64,000 nucleotides of DNA from Octopus vulgaris (taxonomy: Eukaryota). Positions 35,520 to 48,897 of this stretch are shown here, piece by piece; position 1 is the first letter of the stretch; each line of letters starts with the position of its first letter. The stretch covers positions 33,542,001-33,606,000 of the forward strand of contig OX597821.1 of NCBI GenBank assembly GCA_951406725.2, in the 5' to 3' direction. The notes under the pieces are model-generated. The model was not told the origin of the DNA. It saw only the letters and a program-made list of their open reading frames with translations, and ran no database searches. The position numbers were made by a program, and so were the translations under genes.

Positions 35520-37600
35520 ACCTCTATCATAGGCAACTTCACAACTTGTATTTGTTGGACTTTACCTCTTTTTAGAATCACTGCTCCACACTTTTTCAGT
35601 TCAAACTCCATTTTAATGTCCATGCTAAAGCAATTTAATGTTCGAATCAGTGAATTAAGCTGGCTTTTATCTTTCTCATAGAGTTTTAGGCCATCCAGAA
35701 AAAAACAAATGGTTGATCTTATCTTTTCTTTCCTTGAACTCGTACCCAGCTTTCATGCTTCTCAAAATCAAAGTCAGTGATATCATATACAATACAAAAA
35801 ACACTGGTGACAAGCTATCTCCTTAAAAAATTCCATGTTTGATGTTAAAAAAGCCCAAGTTTTGCCTCCAAGATGTTCAGTGGTCCACCCATTCATACTT
35901 CAGTTCAATAAATTCCTATTATGTGCTATTCCAAATATTTTCAAGCACTCTCAATTCCATGAATGAGGAACCATATCATATGCTTTCTGGTAGTCTATTG
36001 ACTCTATCTCCAAGTTGGCTTTGCACTTTTTGCAGTCTTTCAGCACTGTCTTATCTATCAACAGTTAATCTTTAGTTCCTCTACATTCATATTTGTCCCA
36101 TTTTTGCTCTTCTGGTAAGACAATATTCTGGTCCAAGAACATGTACATTTCATCTGCCAGTATTCCAGTTAACAGCTTCCATATAATGGGCAGACAGGAT
36201 ATTGGTCTGAAGTTATCAACAGCATTTCCTCTCAATGTTGCTTGAGTATGATAGTATGATAGTTTTCTGCCTCTGCTCAATCAACCTGGGATTTCTGTGT
36301 GACCTTCAAGTAATGTGCTTAATTGCTTGCTATCCCTTCATGGCATTCTGAACTTAATCTAGGCCTCTTGCTTTCCAGTTGCTTATTTTTCTGCATTTTC
36401 ATGATTTGCTGTGCTTGAGAAGACATGCCAGGCTAAGTAAGATCATAGTCATGGCCAGAGTCAGTGACCTGTAAAAGGCACCTGTGCCAGTGACGCATAA
36501 AAAGCACCCATGCTGATGACACATAAAAAGCACCTGTGCCAGAGATACCTAAAAGGCACCTGTGCCAGTGACACATAAAAGATATCTAGTACACTCTATG
36601 GAGTGCTTGGCATTAGGAAGGGAATTCAGCCATAGAAACCAAGCCAAAAGAGACTGGAGCCTGGTGCAGCTTTCTGGCTTACCACTTCCAATCAAACCAT
36701 CTAACCCATGCCAACATGGAAAACAAATGCTAAACGATGATGATGATGATTACTCATTAACCCATTTTAACCCACTGTCCTCATTTGAGGACCGTTGTAT
36801 TTGGTTTGTTTACTACAATAAGGGTTAACTGAATGCAAAATAATACTTGGATTTATTTAACTATTGTATTTGATTTATTTAGTGGAGGCACGTGGCTTAG
36901 TGGTTAGGGTGTCAGCATCATGATTGTAAGATTGTGGTTTCGATTCCTGGACCAGGCGATGTGTTGTGTTCTTGAGCAAAACACTTCATTTCACGTTGCT
37001 CCAGTCAACTCAGCTGGCAAAAATGAGTAACGCTGCGATGGACTGGCATCCTGTCCAGCTGGGGAACACGTATGCCATTGAAACTGGGAAACCAGACCCA
37101 TGAGCCTGGCTAGGCTTTAAAAGGGCGCATTTATTATTTTTTTTAATGTGATCTATTTACTGCAATAAAGGTTAACTGCATGCTTCTGTATGTTTGTTAT
37201 CCCTATTTATATAACTCTCTTCAAAATTTCAACAGGGTTAATCTGGGTTAAGAATGGGTTAAACATCCTCCTTGCTTAGCTTAATGACTTCTTGCATTGG
37301 ACTTATATTTGTTTCTTGCAGGTTGCATAGCCTCTCCCTGCATTAGTGTTGAGCGTTTACTCTTTCCTCCATATCTTGTTCCAGAATCTTTGACTTTCTT
37401 CCACATTTGGGGTGCATGTGTCTTTATCTTTTCCTCCATTTATTTCTCAATAAAATCATTTTTGATCAATTTTGAAGTCTGTTTTGTTTGTTCTATAGGA
37501 TTCTCTGATCATAGCGACTGATTTTTGTTCTATTGGCTTGCACATTCTGTTTTATTGCTGTTGCTGTTGTAGTTGTTGTTATTATTTCAAATAAACATCA
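35520..37600 (-). pseudogene. Decayed R4/Dong-clade LINE RT, interrupted by later insertions
   Basis: PNVEESQRFWNKIW (~37370-37415); [24 protein letters not shown]...LPEEQK...RGTKD (36065-36215); GIF*GDSLSP (~35805-35835); remnant of the FMDDLKLY motif (~35680-35715). Confidence 0.75.
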
Positions 37601-37978
37601 GCAAACAGCCCTCTCTAATTGATTAGTGAATGTTATGAGTACTTGATTTCGAATGCTCCTCCAAGCAATGAGTCTTTGCAAGTTGCTGTTTTAGCAGTAA
37701 ATTTCTTTCTTTTTCTTAATTTAATACTATAATATTTTTGTCTCCACATTATGCTCTCCTAATTTCATTTGAAATGTTTGTTGATTAAAGATCTTTGTTG
37801 AATTTATTATCGCTTGTTCTTTCTCTCTCTCTCTCTCTTTATCTCTTACTCTCCCATTATCTCTCTCTCCCTCTGTCCTTTTCCCTATCTGTATCTCTAC
37901 CCTTATCACCATCCATCCATCCATCCAACCATGCATCCATCCATCCATACATCCATCCATCCATCCACCCACCCACCC

Positions 37979-38064
<86 letters not shown>

Positions 38065-38228
38065 TCATTTATCATTCTCTCTTTCTCTCTCTATCTCTCT
38101 CTCTCCTTTCATCTCCCAAAATATCTCAGACATTTATCTTTCTAGATAAGCTTTAACATTTGCCGATATTCTAAGCCTCAATGCAGCGTTGATGACCTCC
38201 ACTTTATTTCTATATTTTTCAAATTTCC

Positions 38229-38273
<45 letters not shown>

Positions 38274-38736
38274 TTATCCAATTTTGTGTTCACTTTATCC
38301 AAAAGATTATTGATCTGGATTGATCTGGTGATTAATTTGCTCATATTCATCTTTATTATAACTTGAAAGTTTTTATCTTCATTTATTTAATTTAAAAAAA
38401 AATTTATTTCCCTCAATTTTGCACTTGACACATTTTTATTTTTATTTTTTTCTGCCTCTTTAAATTATATGCTGGTATTTTTTTTTACGTTTTTTTTCTT
38501 TTGTTTTATTTTTGTTTCTTTTTGTTTCTTTTTGTGCGAGATTGTGATGGTGCTGGGCATTATAAACATTTTATTTCTTAATTGAAGGATTCAAACCCAA
38601 ATCAGAATTATGGACGTTATTAGCATTGGATTTTATATTATAGTGCAGCAGCTGTAGCGGCAGCAGTAGCAGTAGTGGCAGTTGTAATTGTTCCTTTTTA
38701 TGACTGAGCTAGTCATGAGGTACCTATATTATATTA

Positions 38737-39115
38737 GGATGCGCAATGGCCCAGTGGTTTGGGCAGCGGACTCGCGGTCGTAGGATCGCGGTTTCGATTC
38801 CCAGACTGGGCATTGTGAGTGTTTATTGAGCGAAAACACCTAAAGCTTCACAAGGCTCCTGCAGGGGGTGGTGGTGAACCCTGCTGTACTCTTTCACCAC
38901 AACTTTCTCTCACTCTTTCATCCTGTTTCTGTGTTACCTGTATTTCAAAGGGCCAGCCTTGTCACACTCTGTGTCACGCTGAATCTCCTCGAGAACTACA
39001 TTAAGGGTACACGTGTCTGTGGAGTGCTCAGTCACTTGCAAGTTAATTCCACGAGCAAGCTGTTCCGTTGATCGTATCAGCTGGGACCCTCATCGTCGTA
39101 ACCGACGGAGTGCTC
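38737..39115 (+). mobile_element. SINE family C, full length (others 36882-37130, 43520-43812, 47250-47563 -, 49704-50085 with TSD ataactattca, 52665-52966 -, 62464-62750)
   Basis: gcgcaatggcccagtggtt head, ggtttcgattcc B box, ends cgtaaccgacggagtgct. Confidence 0.85.
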
Positions 39116-39642
39116 CTAAATATTATATTAATTTTTCAGTGTATGATAATTTGCTTTGTATCATCAAGGTCTTCTGGAAATGTTGCTTTTTATCTAATGA
39201 AGGCACATTTGATAACAGTAGTAGAGAGTTCAATTCCAAGACTGGGCTGTGGTGTGTTGAGTTCTTGAGCAAGATACTTTATTTCACATTTATTTCACAT
39301 TGCTGTAGAAATGAGTTGTGATGATATCACTGTATTGGCCTTTGCCTTTCCCTTGGTCAATATCGGTAGCATGGAGAAGGGAGGCTGGAACACATGGGCA
39401 ACTGATGTCTCCCATAACCAGCCTTGCCTGGACTTGTGCCTTGAACAGTAACTATCATGACCGAAGGCAGTCTTTACCCTTAACCCTTTTATCTACTACC
39501 AGGGCAACCCCACTAAATGTTTCCATGTGGCTCACAAAACTACAAAGTTGATTGATCTACTAGAAAAAGTAGTCAGATTACCTTCAGATCACATCATCAT
39601 CATAATCATCATTACTTAATGTCCATTTTCTATGCTGGCATA

Positions 39643-39992
39643 GTTAAATTAAGTTAAGTTAATTTTTTGGCTCAAAAAGCAAAAAGCAAGGCCATGTAGG
39701 GGGACATGGAGTTATGTACAGGGAGGGTGTTCATGCAAAGAGTTCAGGCCATTTCTGGTCAAGAGAGACTTTGAAGCGAACAGTCGTCGGCATCTTCACT
39801 ATTTCGTCCGGCAGCTTATTCCACGGATCCGCAACCCGGACGGAGAAAGCCCCTATCCTTCGATTGAGATGAGATCGTCGCAGATAGAGCTTTTCTCAGT
39901 GACCCCGCAGCCCACGCTCTGGAGCAGGAGTGAAGAACAGTTCTTTCGAGAGTTTACTCTTTCCACTTATGATGTGAGCAAGAATGAGATCC
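39643..39992 (-). mobile_element. CR1-group LINE 3' end with (TTAAC)n tail, inserted in an RTE tail
   Basis: ELFFTPAPERGLRGH*EKL...FSVRVADPWNKLPDEIV...FKVSLDQKWPELFA*, short UTR, ttaacttaacttaa. Confidence 0.8.
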
Positions 39993-40357
39993 GTCTGGAT
40001 GGTTTGACAGGATCCAGTGAGCTGCAGGGCCATGTTGAGCTCCTATGTCAGCTTCAGCATGGTTTCTGTAGCTGGATGCCTTTCCCAATGCCAAAAACTT
40101 TACACAGATGTACTGGGCAACTTTCTCTGCCATGGTCATTGTGATGATCACACACTACTCATCTTCTTTCCAAGTACTGCTGCAAACAGCAGAAGTGAGG
40201 TAGAATGTTAAAACTTAGTGCTCATGCATAGCAGAGTTCAAAGTCAATCTGAGCTGAGTGGCTTCACTCTATGTGCTTTAGCTTTCTAACTATGGCTGTA
40301 GTTCGGATACTTATTGATCAGACCAAATATATATACACATATATATACACACACGCA

Positions 40358-40400
<43 letters not shown>

Positions 40401-40526
40401 AAGCTTCTCTTGGTCAGCTGAAGAGCTGAAGAAAAACCTGGGTAGCTTTTCAGCTGGCCAGTTCCTGTAAGGCCATCCAATGCATACCAGCATGGAAAAC
40501 AGATGTTAAATGATGATGATGTGTAT

Positions 40527-40651
40527 ATGTTCTTTATTTTGCCTGTCTTATTTCTCTATTTATTTATTTCGTTGTTCGGAAAAATGTTTGTTTTTTTGAC
40601 GTCCTGTACCCAAATAAGCATGTATATATATATATATGTAGGCATATATAT

Positions 40652-40691
<40 letters not shown>

Positions 40692-41448
40692 TTATATTAT
40701 TATATGATTGAACACCACGCATCCATTTCCAAGTAAGTTTTATCTTAATAATTCTGATGTGCACTCTACAACCTATCTCTATTCTATCTATCTCCCTCTC
40801 TTGTTCTTCTTCCTTTCTGTTTTTCTCTCCCACCCTTTCTCTAATTCTTCTCCTCTCTCCTTCACCATTCCCTTTCTCTCTCTGTCTCACACTTCCTCCT
40901 TGACTCTCTCGTTGCTCACACGTGACCAACAGCTATCTATCTTTCTTTCTTCCACTTCCTTCCTAAAGACAAGACGTCCTTTTGCCTGTCTCTTCTCAAA
41001 GCTCGTTTTTTCCTGCATTCACCACTTCACCTCAATATGGCTTAACAGCCCTCACCATTTGTTTTTATTGCTTTGTTCTTACTGTCCTGTTTTTGTTACC
41101 ACTTTAACCCTCCGCAAAAAATCCCAAATTTTATTTCATTTGCTTTGGGGGAAAGGAGTGTTTTAATGAAGTCACGTCTTGTCCCTACCTTCGAAACGCA
41201 GAGTAGATAAAACAGGGGACAACTGATGAAGGGAATGTTCTTTATGTTGTCTGTCTCGTTTCTCTATTTGTTTCTTTTGTTGTTCGGGAAAAAGTTTGTT
41301 TTCTGTTTTTGCTTTTTATGTTCTCATTTCTCATTTTGTTCACGTTTTTTTGACGTCCTGTACCGATATATACATGTATATATACACATATATGTAGGCA
41401 TGTGCATGTATGCGTGTATATATGCATATATATATATATCATTTATAT

Positions 41449-41460
<12 letters not shown>
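40527..41460. repeat. Diverged direct repeats (~200 bp) about 700 bp apart, pLTR-like
   Basis: atgttcttta...tttctctattt...gttgttcgg...ttttgacgtcctgtacc...atgtaggcat at 40527 and 41235. Confidence 0.6.
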
Positions 41461-41484
<24 letters not shown>

Positions 41485-41569
41485 CCGCTAAGTTACGGGG
41501 CTGTAAACACACCAACATCGGTTGTAAAGTGATGCAGGGGGTGACAAACACAAACATATGCACACACAC

Positions 41570-41612
<43 letters not shown>

Positions 41613-41830
41613 GACAGGCTTCTTTCAGTTTCCGTCTACCAAATACACTCACAAGGCTTTGGTTGGCCCTAGGCTATAGTAGAAAACACTTGCCCAAGGT
41701 GCCACGCAGTGGGACTGAACCCGAACCATGTAGTTGGTAAGCAAGCTACTTGCCACACAGCCACTCCTGTGCCTATAGCTACTTACCACACAGCCACTCC
41801 TGATGTATATATTTATATATATATATATAT

Positions 41831-41884
<54 letters not shown>

Positions 41885-42744
41885 GTATGCATATTGTGTG
41901 TATGTGTTGTGTGTCTTATATCAAAAGTTGAAAGTAATTTATATTTATTACCAGAAAGTGTAATAGGTCTCTCTAGGAACAATCAGTCAGCCAGAAATAA
42001 GTGACTGTAATTCAATTAAAAGATCTCCCTTTGTAACTGTTAATTTAGAAAATTATTATAAAGAATTTCTCCAGAAACAACTAGCCTGAATGTAAGTAAA
42101 TTTACATAGTTCTGTTTGGAACCCCCAAGGAAGGTCAGGAACAGGCTCTGTAAAAAAAGGTCAGGAACAGACTAAAAAATGAGATCATATGAGTGATGAG
42201 TGATGAATCAACTGATGCTATTCGTGATGGAGTTAGTTTTGTTGTTATTGATAACTATGTTGATGTTTAATTTGTTCTGTTATTCATGATTATTTCCCTG
42301 ATATTGGACAACTATGATTTATGATCTTACTATGATCTTACTAGCTTCATTTATGATCTTACTATGATCTTACTACCCTCAAAACATCTGCAAAAAATCT
42401 TAGGATCATAGGCCCTACCGTTCCTTATAAATTTATAAATTTCCTGCAGACATTGGACAAAAAACTTCAGACCGAATGTCAAACTTTTGATCTTGTCAAA
42501 CTGAAAAGACCCGCAAAAATTATGAATACAGTGCTTCATTTCAGATCCGAAAGTTCTATGATCAAAGACACATTAGTTGGTATGTCTTTGAGTATTGTTG
42601 GTTATGGATTTCCAGTCAATCAATCATTAGTTTACTGCATTTCTGATGCAAGAGTGGCTAGGGAGTGTTTGTAACTCACTGCAGAAGAAATATTACAAAC
42701 ATCAATTTTCTAACCAATGTTTATATTGTGCACCAGTATATATA

Positions 42745-42972
42745 TTTCGTTATTGCCCACAAGGGGCTAAACATAGAGGGGACAGACAAAGACAGACAAT
42801 GGGATTAAGTCGATTACATCGACGCCAGTGCATTACTGGTACTTTATTTATCAACCCCGAAAGGATGAAAGGCAAAGTCGACCTCGGCGGAATTTGAACT
42901 CAGAACGTAACGGCAGAAGACATACGGCTACACATTTCGCCTGGCATGCTAACGATTCTGCCAGCTTGCTGC
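42745..42972 (-). mobile_element. SINE family A
   Basis: Reverse complement of 462-681. Confidence 0.85.
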
Positions 42973-43989
42973 TTTATTGTGCATCAGTATATAACTGGTG
43001 AAAAATGTTTGCATGCGCATACGTCGTTGTCGTCATTGTCATCATCATCATCATCATCATTATTCTCACCATCATTCAACATCCGTTTTCCATGCTGGCA
43101 TGGGTTAGACTCTTTGACTGGTAAGCTGGAGAGCTGCACCAGGTTCCTGTTGTCTGTCTTCACTTGGTTTCCATGGCTGGATACTCTTCCTAATGTCAGC
43201 CACTCTGTAGAGTGTATTGGGTATCTTTTACATGTCACTGGCATTGGCAATGATCACGATTCACTTGGATTGACATGTCATGTGAAATATAGGAAATCAC
43301 CAGGTAGTATAATTAAAATTATGTATGTTCTGTGTAGAGTTTTATTTTCTTTTGCTCCACATGCATTAGTGAACTGGTCATCTCTCTCTCCCCTTCTCTC
43401 TTCCCCTCCCTCGATCTCTATATATATTTCTACATTAACACAAACATATATACATGGGCACAAACAGACATAAAATCTTCTACAACAAGCCAGCATTAAC
43501 CACAAGTTTGCTTCTCTTCCGTAACCTAGTGGTTAGAGCAGTGGATTTGCAGTCGAGGGATCGTGGGTTCGAATCTCAGACTGGGCGATGTATGTGTTTA
43601 TGAGCGAAGCACTTAAGCTCCACGCGGCTCCGGCAGAAGGTAATGGCGAACCTTTGCTGACTCTTTTGCTGCAACTTTCTCTCACTCTTTCCTCCTGCAT
43701 CTTGTAGCTCACCTGCAACAGACTGGCGTCCCGTCCAGGTGGGGAACCTATACGCCACAAAACCGGAAAACCGGCCCTTATGAGCCAAGCATGGCTCAAG
43801 AAGGAAGGAACATACATTCTCTTCCATAAGCTGTACACCAAAGGTTGAAGAAAAAAAACAGTATCTTCATAAAGAGAACCTTTTCTCAAGATCTTAAATC
43901 AATTTGTTTTAAGATCTGGAATGGAAAGTAAAGATACTGTACAAATATCAACAGTAAAACTTACATAATTAACTTTGAAATTTCCATTA

Positions 43990-45150
43990 AAAGCTATGGG
44001 AAATGCTGCATAATAGGAAAGCACCAGGAAGATAACTAATAGCTGGATACTGGTACAAGATATAGATGGTCTCCAGAAAATCACTAGTATGTATTCCTTA
44101 ATTCTAAAGATTGGTATTCTAAAGATTGATATTCTAGACTGACTAGTCGTAGCATGGACAAATCTTGAAGTCAAGAATGAAAAACATGGAGTTAGTATGG
44201 AATTATAGGCCTGTTACTTGCCTAAATATTATGCATAAGCTGTACACAAGCTGTCTCAACCAATTCCTCCAAGACCATTGCAAGTTTAGCAAGAAAATGA
44301 TTAATGAGCACATAGGTAGAAAGAAAGAAGTGTAGGATGTGCTGAATAACTGTTGATAAAGATGAACCAACCCATTCGAAGTGAGAGAACACTGAAGAAA
44401 TCACTTACTGTATGGTTTGATAACAGAAATTCTATTCTGCACTTTATCATCACCATCATCATCATCATCATCGTTTAATGTCTGTTTTCCAATCTAGCAT
44501 GGGTTGGACGGTTTGACTGGGATCTGGGAAGCCAGAAGGCTGCACCAGGCCCCAGTCTGATCTGGCAGTGTTTCTACAGCTGGATGCCCTTCCTAACGCC
44601 AACCACTCCGTGAGTGTAGTGGGTGCTTTTTACGTGCCAGGGGAGGCTGGCAACGGCCACGATCGGATTGGTGCTTTTTATGTGTCGGGCGAGGCTGGCA
44701 ACGGCCACGATTGGATTGGTGCTTTTTACATGCCACGCGAGGCTGGCAACGGCTATGATCGGATTGGTGCTTTTTACGTGCCACCGGCACAGAAGCCACT
44801 GCAAGCTAGCAAAAGTACTGACTGCCTTGGTTGTTACTGTGAAAGACTTGTAATCTTCGAACTTGTAGCTGAAGGATGAAATGATTGTTTCTGACATTAT
44901 GAATATTTGAATGAGAATATTACAAGGAGACAGTCTGACTGTGATTTTGTTTATTTCAGCATTGAATCTACAGCCATTTCTGTTTACAAAAAGCTAGTGG
45001 TTATCTGTAAGGGTTTATGACAGCAAGGGAACCAATGTAACCCATATTATTATTTGTGGATGTTCTATACAAGGTCTATAAATAGAAATATAGTGCTAAG
45101 AAACAACTAGATTTAGTAACATTTGCTGATATATTAGGATGGAACATGTC
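43990..45150 (+). pseudogene. Second decayed R4/Dong-clade RT, split by an RTE tail
   Basis: NRKAPGR*LIAGYWYK (~44010-44060); NYRPVTCLNIMHKLYTSCLNQFLQDHC (~44202-44282); ILQGDSLTVILF (~44917-44952). Confidence 0.7.
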
Positions 45151-45241
45151 CAAAAGTAATGAAGGAATTTGTGCACATGCACTGGTATTTCTGCATCTGC
45201 ATTTATCCTCTGTTAATGGAGATGATTTGTATTTCATATAA

Positions 45242-45455
45242 TAGTGGGTGTTGAAAAGTTCCAGTCTTTGAGTAAAAGAAAATACAGGAGGATCAATTAA
45301 TTATGATTTTATTCGACATGTTCCCTTTTCTGATTCAGACACTTATTGCAGTGGTCCTTCAGTTTTTCTAAGTCCCTCAAAAGAACTAGGAAGGCTGGGC
45401 CTCCAATCAGGCCTTTTGCAATACCCTTAAAGCCAGAAGCTTTTCAGCACTCCTT
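45242..45455. mobile_element. Tc1/mariner-type MITE remnant
   Basis: gggtgttgaaaagttccagtcttt versus aaagccagaagcttttcagcactcc (imperfect TIR). Confidence 0.55.
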
Positions 45456-45790
45456 CAAGTGTGTGTGTATGTGTGTGCGTGTGTGTGCATATGTATATGT
45501 ATATATATGTGTGTGTGTGCATATGTATATATATATGTATGTGTGTGAGTGTGTGTGCATATGTATATATGTGTGTGTGTGTGTATTTATATGTAGCATA
45601 GGTCCATATCTACACACACACACACACACCTGTGTGTGTATACATACACATATATATATATATACACACATATATACATGTGTGTATGTTTGTGTTTTTA
45701 TGCATGTATATATCTATATCTACACACAAGTGTGTGTGTGTATACATACATACATACATATTTGTATCTCTATATATATATGTGTGTGTG

Positions 45791-45859
<69 letters not shown>

Positions 45860-47641
45860 GATTAAACTTCTTATGGCTGTCAGGCTTTGTTTTTTTAAGA
45901 TATTCTCTAGGGAGCTATAATCTTGTTATTGTGAGTGGTATTTAGAAATTGTGCGTGTGTGTTTGTGTGTGTGTCTGTGTACATGTAGGTAACCATGATT
46001 GCATGTGCCTTCGGATTTGTTTTTACTCCCTATGAATGCTTTTGTATGCTGGCATGCATTCGTGTAGCTGTGTGTGTGTGTATGTGTGTGTGTTTGTGTA
46101 TTTATGCTCACATTTTGATATATGTACATGTTTAAGTGAATATGTATCAATGTATGCATGCATGTATGTTAGCAAGAGAGGAGGAGTGAAACAGAAGAGA
46201 GTATTTCAACCAATTTATAGTAAAAAACACACACATGAACAAAAGGAAAAAACTTGATTATTTTTTTTTTGGTACAGGCTGTTAGGTTCACACCAGTTAC
46301 CTCTGCTGTGATATGATAATGGGGATGACAGCAACACTGCACTTATCGCAATTACTAACAGAACATATCCCCAAGTGGGCCAACATGTCCTCCTATCAAC
46401 CACCTAATGATGAGAGCTTCTACACTGTAATATTGTCCTGCTAGAAATAGCAGCCAAATCTCTTTCAAATTACGCCCTACAGTTACTCTTTTGCTCTCAC
46501 TTGTTTCAGTCATGTGACTGTGGCCAAGCTGGAGCACCACCTTTAGTCGAGCAAATCAACCCCAGGACTTATTCTTTGTAAGCCTAGTACTTATTCTATC
46601 GGTCTCTTTTGCCGAACTGCTAAGTTATGGGGACGTAAACACACCAGCATCGGTTGTCCAGCGATGTTGGGGGGACAAACACAGACACACAAACATACAC
46701 ACCTACACATACACACACACACACATCCATATATATATACATATATATGACAGGCTTCTTTCAGTTTCCATCTACCAAATCCACTCATAAGGCTTTGGTC
46801 GGCCTGAGGCTATAGTAGATGACACTTGCCCAAGGAGCCATGCAGTGGGACTGAACCCGGAACCATGTGGTTGGTAAGCAAGCTACTTACCACACAGCCA
46901 CTCCTATGCCTATATTTAAAAACAAACAAACAAAAAAAACAACAAATAAAACACGTTGGATAATGTAGTTCTAGATATGTTGCATTCAAATAGAAGATGG
47001 GATAGCTTAGGCTGCAGTATCTTTGATCGTATGTCTGTTTGATCAAAGCTGATCTAGGAAGGAAGAAGGGGAAAAAATGGAATACATTCAACAATGTAAT
47101 CTTTGATACATTGGGAGAAATTTAGATGGAATGGTCGTGGCTAGAACATCTTTTATCACAGTTCTACTCAACCAGGGCTGAGTATTCTCATTATCATCAT
47201 AGTCAACAACAACAAAAACATCAACAAGCCTTGTGAGTGGATTTGGTAGGTTTGTTTTGTTTGTTAGTTCCTCCTCGAGCCATGCCTGGCTCATAGGAGC
47301 CGGTTTCCCGGTTTCTGTGGCGTATAGGTTCCCTACTTGGACGGGACGCCGGTCCATCGCAGGTGAGCTGCAAGATGCAGGAGGAAAGAGTGAGAGAAAG
47401 TTGTGGCAAAAGAGTCAGCAGAAGTTTGCCATTACCGTCTGCCGGAGCCGTGTGGAGCTTAGGTGTTTCGCCCACAAACACACACATTGCCCGGTCTGCG
47501 ATTTGAACCCGTGATCCCTCGACCGCGAGTCCACTGCTCTAACCACTAGGCCATGTGCCTCCACTGCATTTGGTAGGTGGAAATTGAAAGAAGCCTGTCA
47601 TATACATAAATATGTGTGTGCATGTGTTTATGTGTGTGTGT

Positions 47642-47689
<48 letters not shown>

Positions 47690-48547
47690 TTATGTGAGTG
47701 TGTCTTTGTGTCTGTGTTTGTCCCCTCACTATCGTTTGACAACTGATGCCGGTATGCTTACATCCCTATAACTTAGCAGTTTTGCAAAAGAGACCGATAG
47801 AATTAGTACTAGGCTTACAAAGAAACAGTCCTGGGGTTGATTTCTTTGACTAAAAAAAATTGAAACAAGTAAATAAACAAATAATTAAGACTGCTCTGAT
47901 TAGCTGCAAAAAAAATTTCAAATATCAAGTTGATTTGCTATTTTCTGGTTACAGAGAGAGAGGGGGAGAAAGAAAGAGAGAGAGAAAGAGAGGGAGAGGG
48001 AGAGAGAAAGAATGAGAGAGAGTGAGAGAGATATAGAGAGAAAGAGAGCAAAAGGGAGAGAGAACCAGCTGGTTTAAACATAATATTTACTTTTTTCTTC
48101 ATGGTGAAGCTTGAAATGTGTTTATTAAGAAGACACACCTGTAAATTTACCTGTGTATGGCGTTTAGTCCATAGTTCTATGTCATTTTTAATACTCCACC
48201 GCTGCAAGTTAAATAATATTGATTTCTAAAATCTTGGCACAAAGCTACAAATTTTTGAGGGAGGTCGGTGAATGGATAGGTGGATTGGTGTGTGTGTGTT
48301 TGGGGGGAGGCGTGTTGATTTAATTTCTCTAACCCTCCGTCTCACCCCCACTGCAGCACTTGACGGGGGTATTTAGTTTATCAGTCTCGGTGAAATGAAA
48401 TGAAATGAAAAAGCAGCATTTTGGTACAACAGAACATGAAAGGAATCTACCTGAAGACTTCAAGGCATTTTGTTTAGTGCTTCATTGATTCTGTTATCTA
48501 ATTCTACCTGCTCTATTATCTATAATATCAGCAATACCAAATCCACT

Positions 48548-48897
48548 GCCACCAACCACCATCATTACCACCACCATCACCACCACCACCATCACCACTG
48601 CTGCTGCTGCCACCACTGCCTCCCCCCCTCCACACTACCACTGCTGTCATCCCCTGTGCTGCCGTCATCACTGGCACCACAACCAAAACCACCACCACCA
48701 AAACCACCACCACCACCAAAACCACCACCACCACCACAACCAAAACCACCACCACCACCACCACCACCACCACCACCACCACCACCACCACCACCACCAC
48801 CACCACCACCACCACCACCACCACCAAAACCACCACCACAAAAACCACCACTACCACCACCCCTACCAAAACCACCACCAAAACCAATATCACCACC
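48548..48897. repeat. (CCA)n-rich microsatellite region
   Basis: Read directly. Confidence 0.95.
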
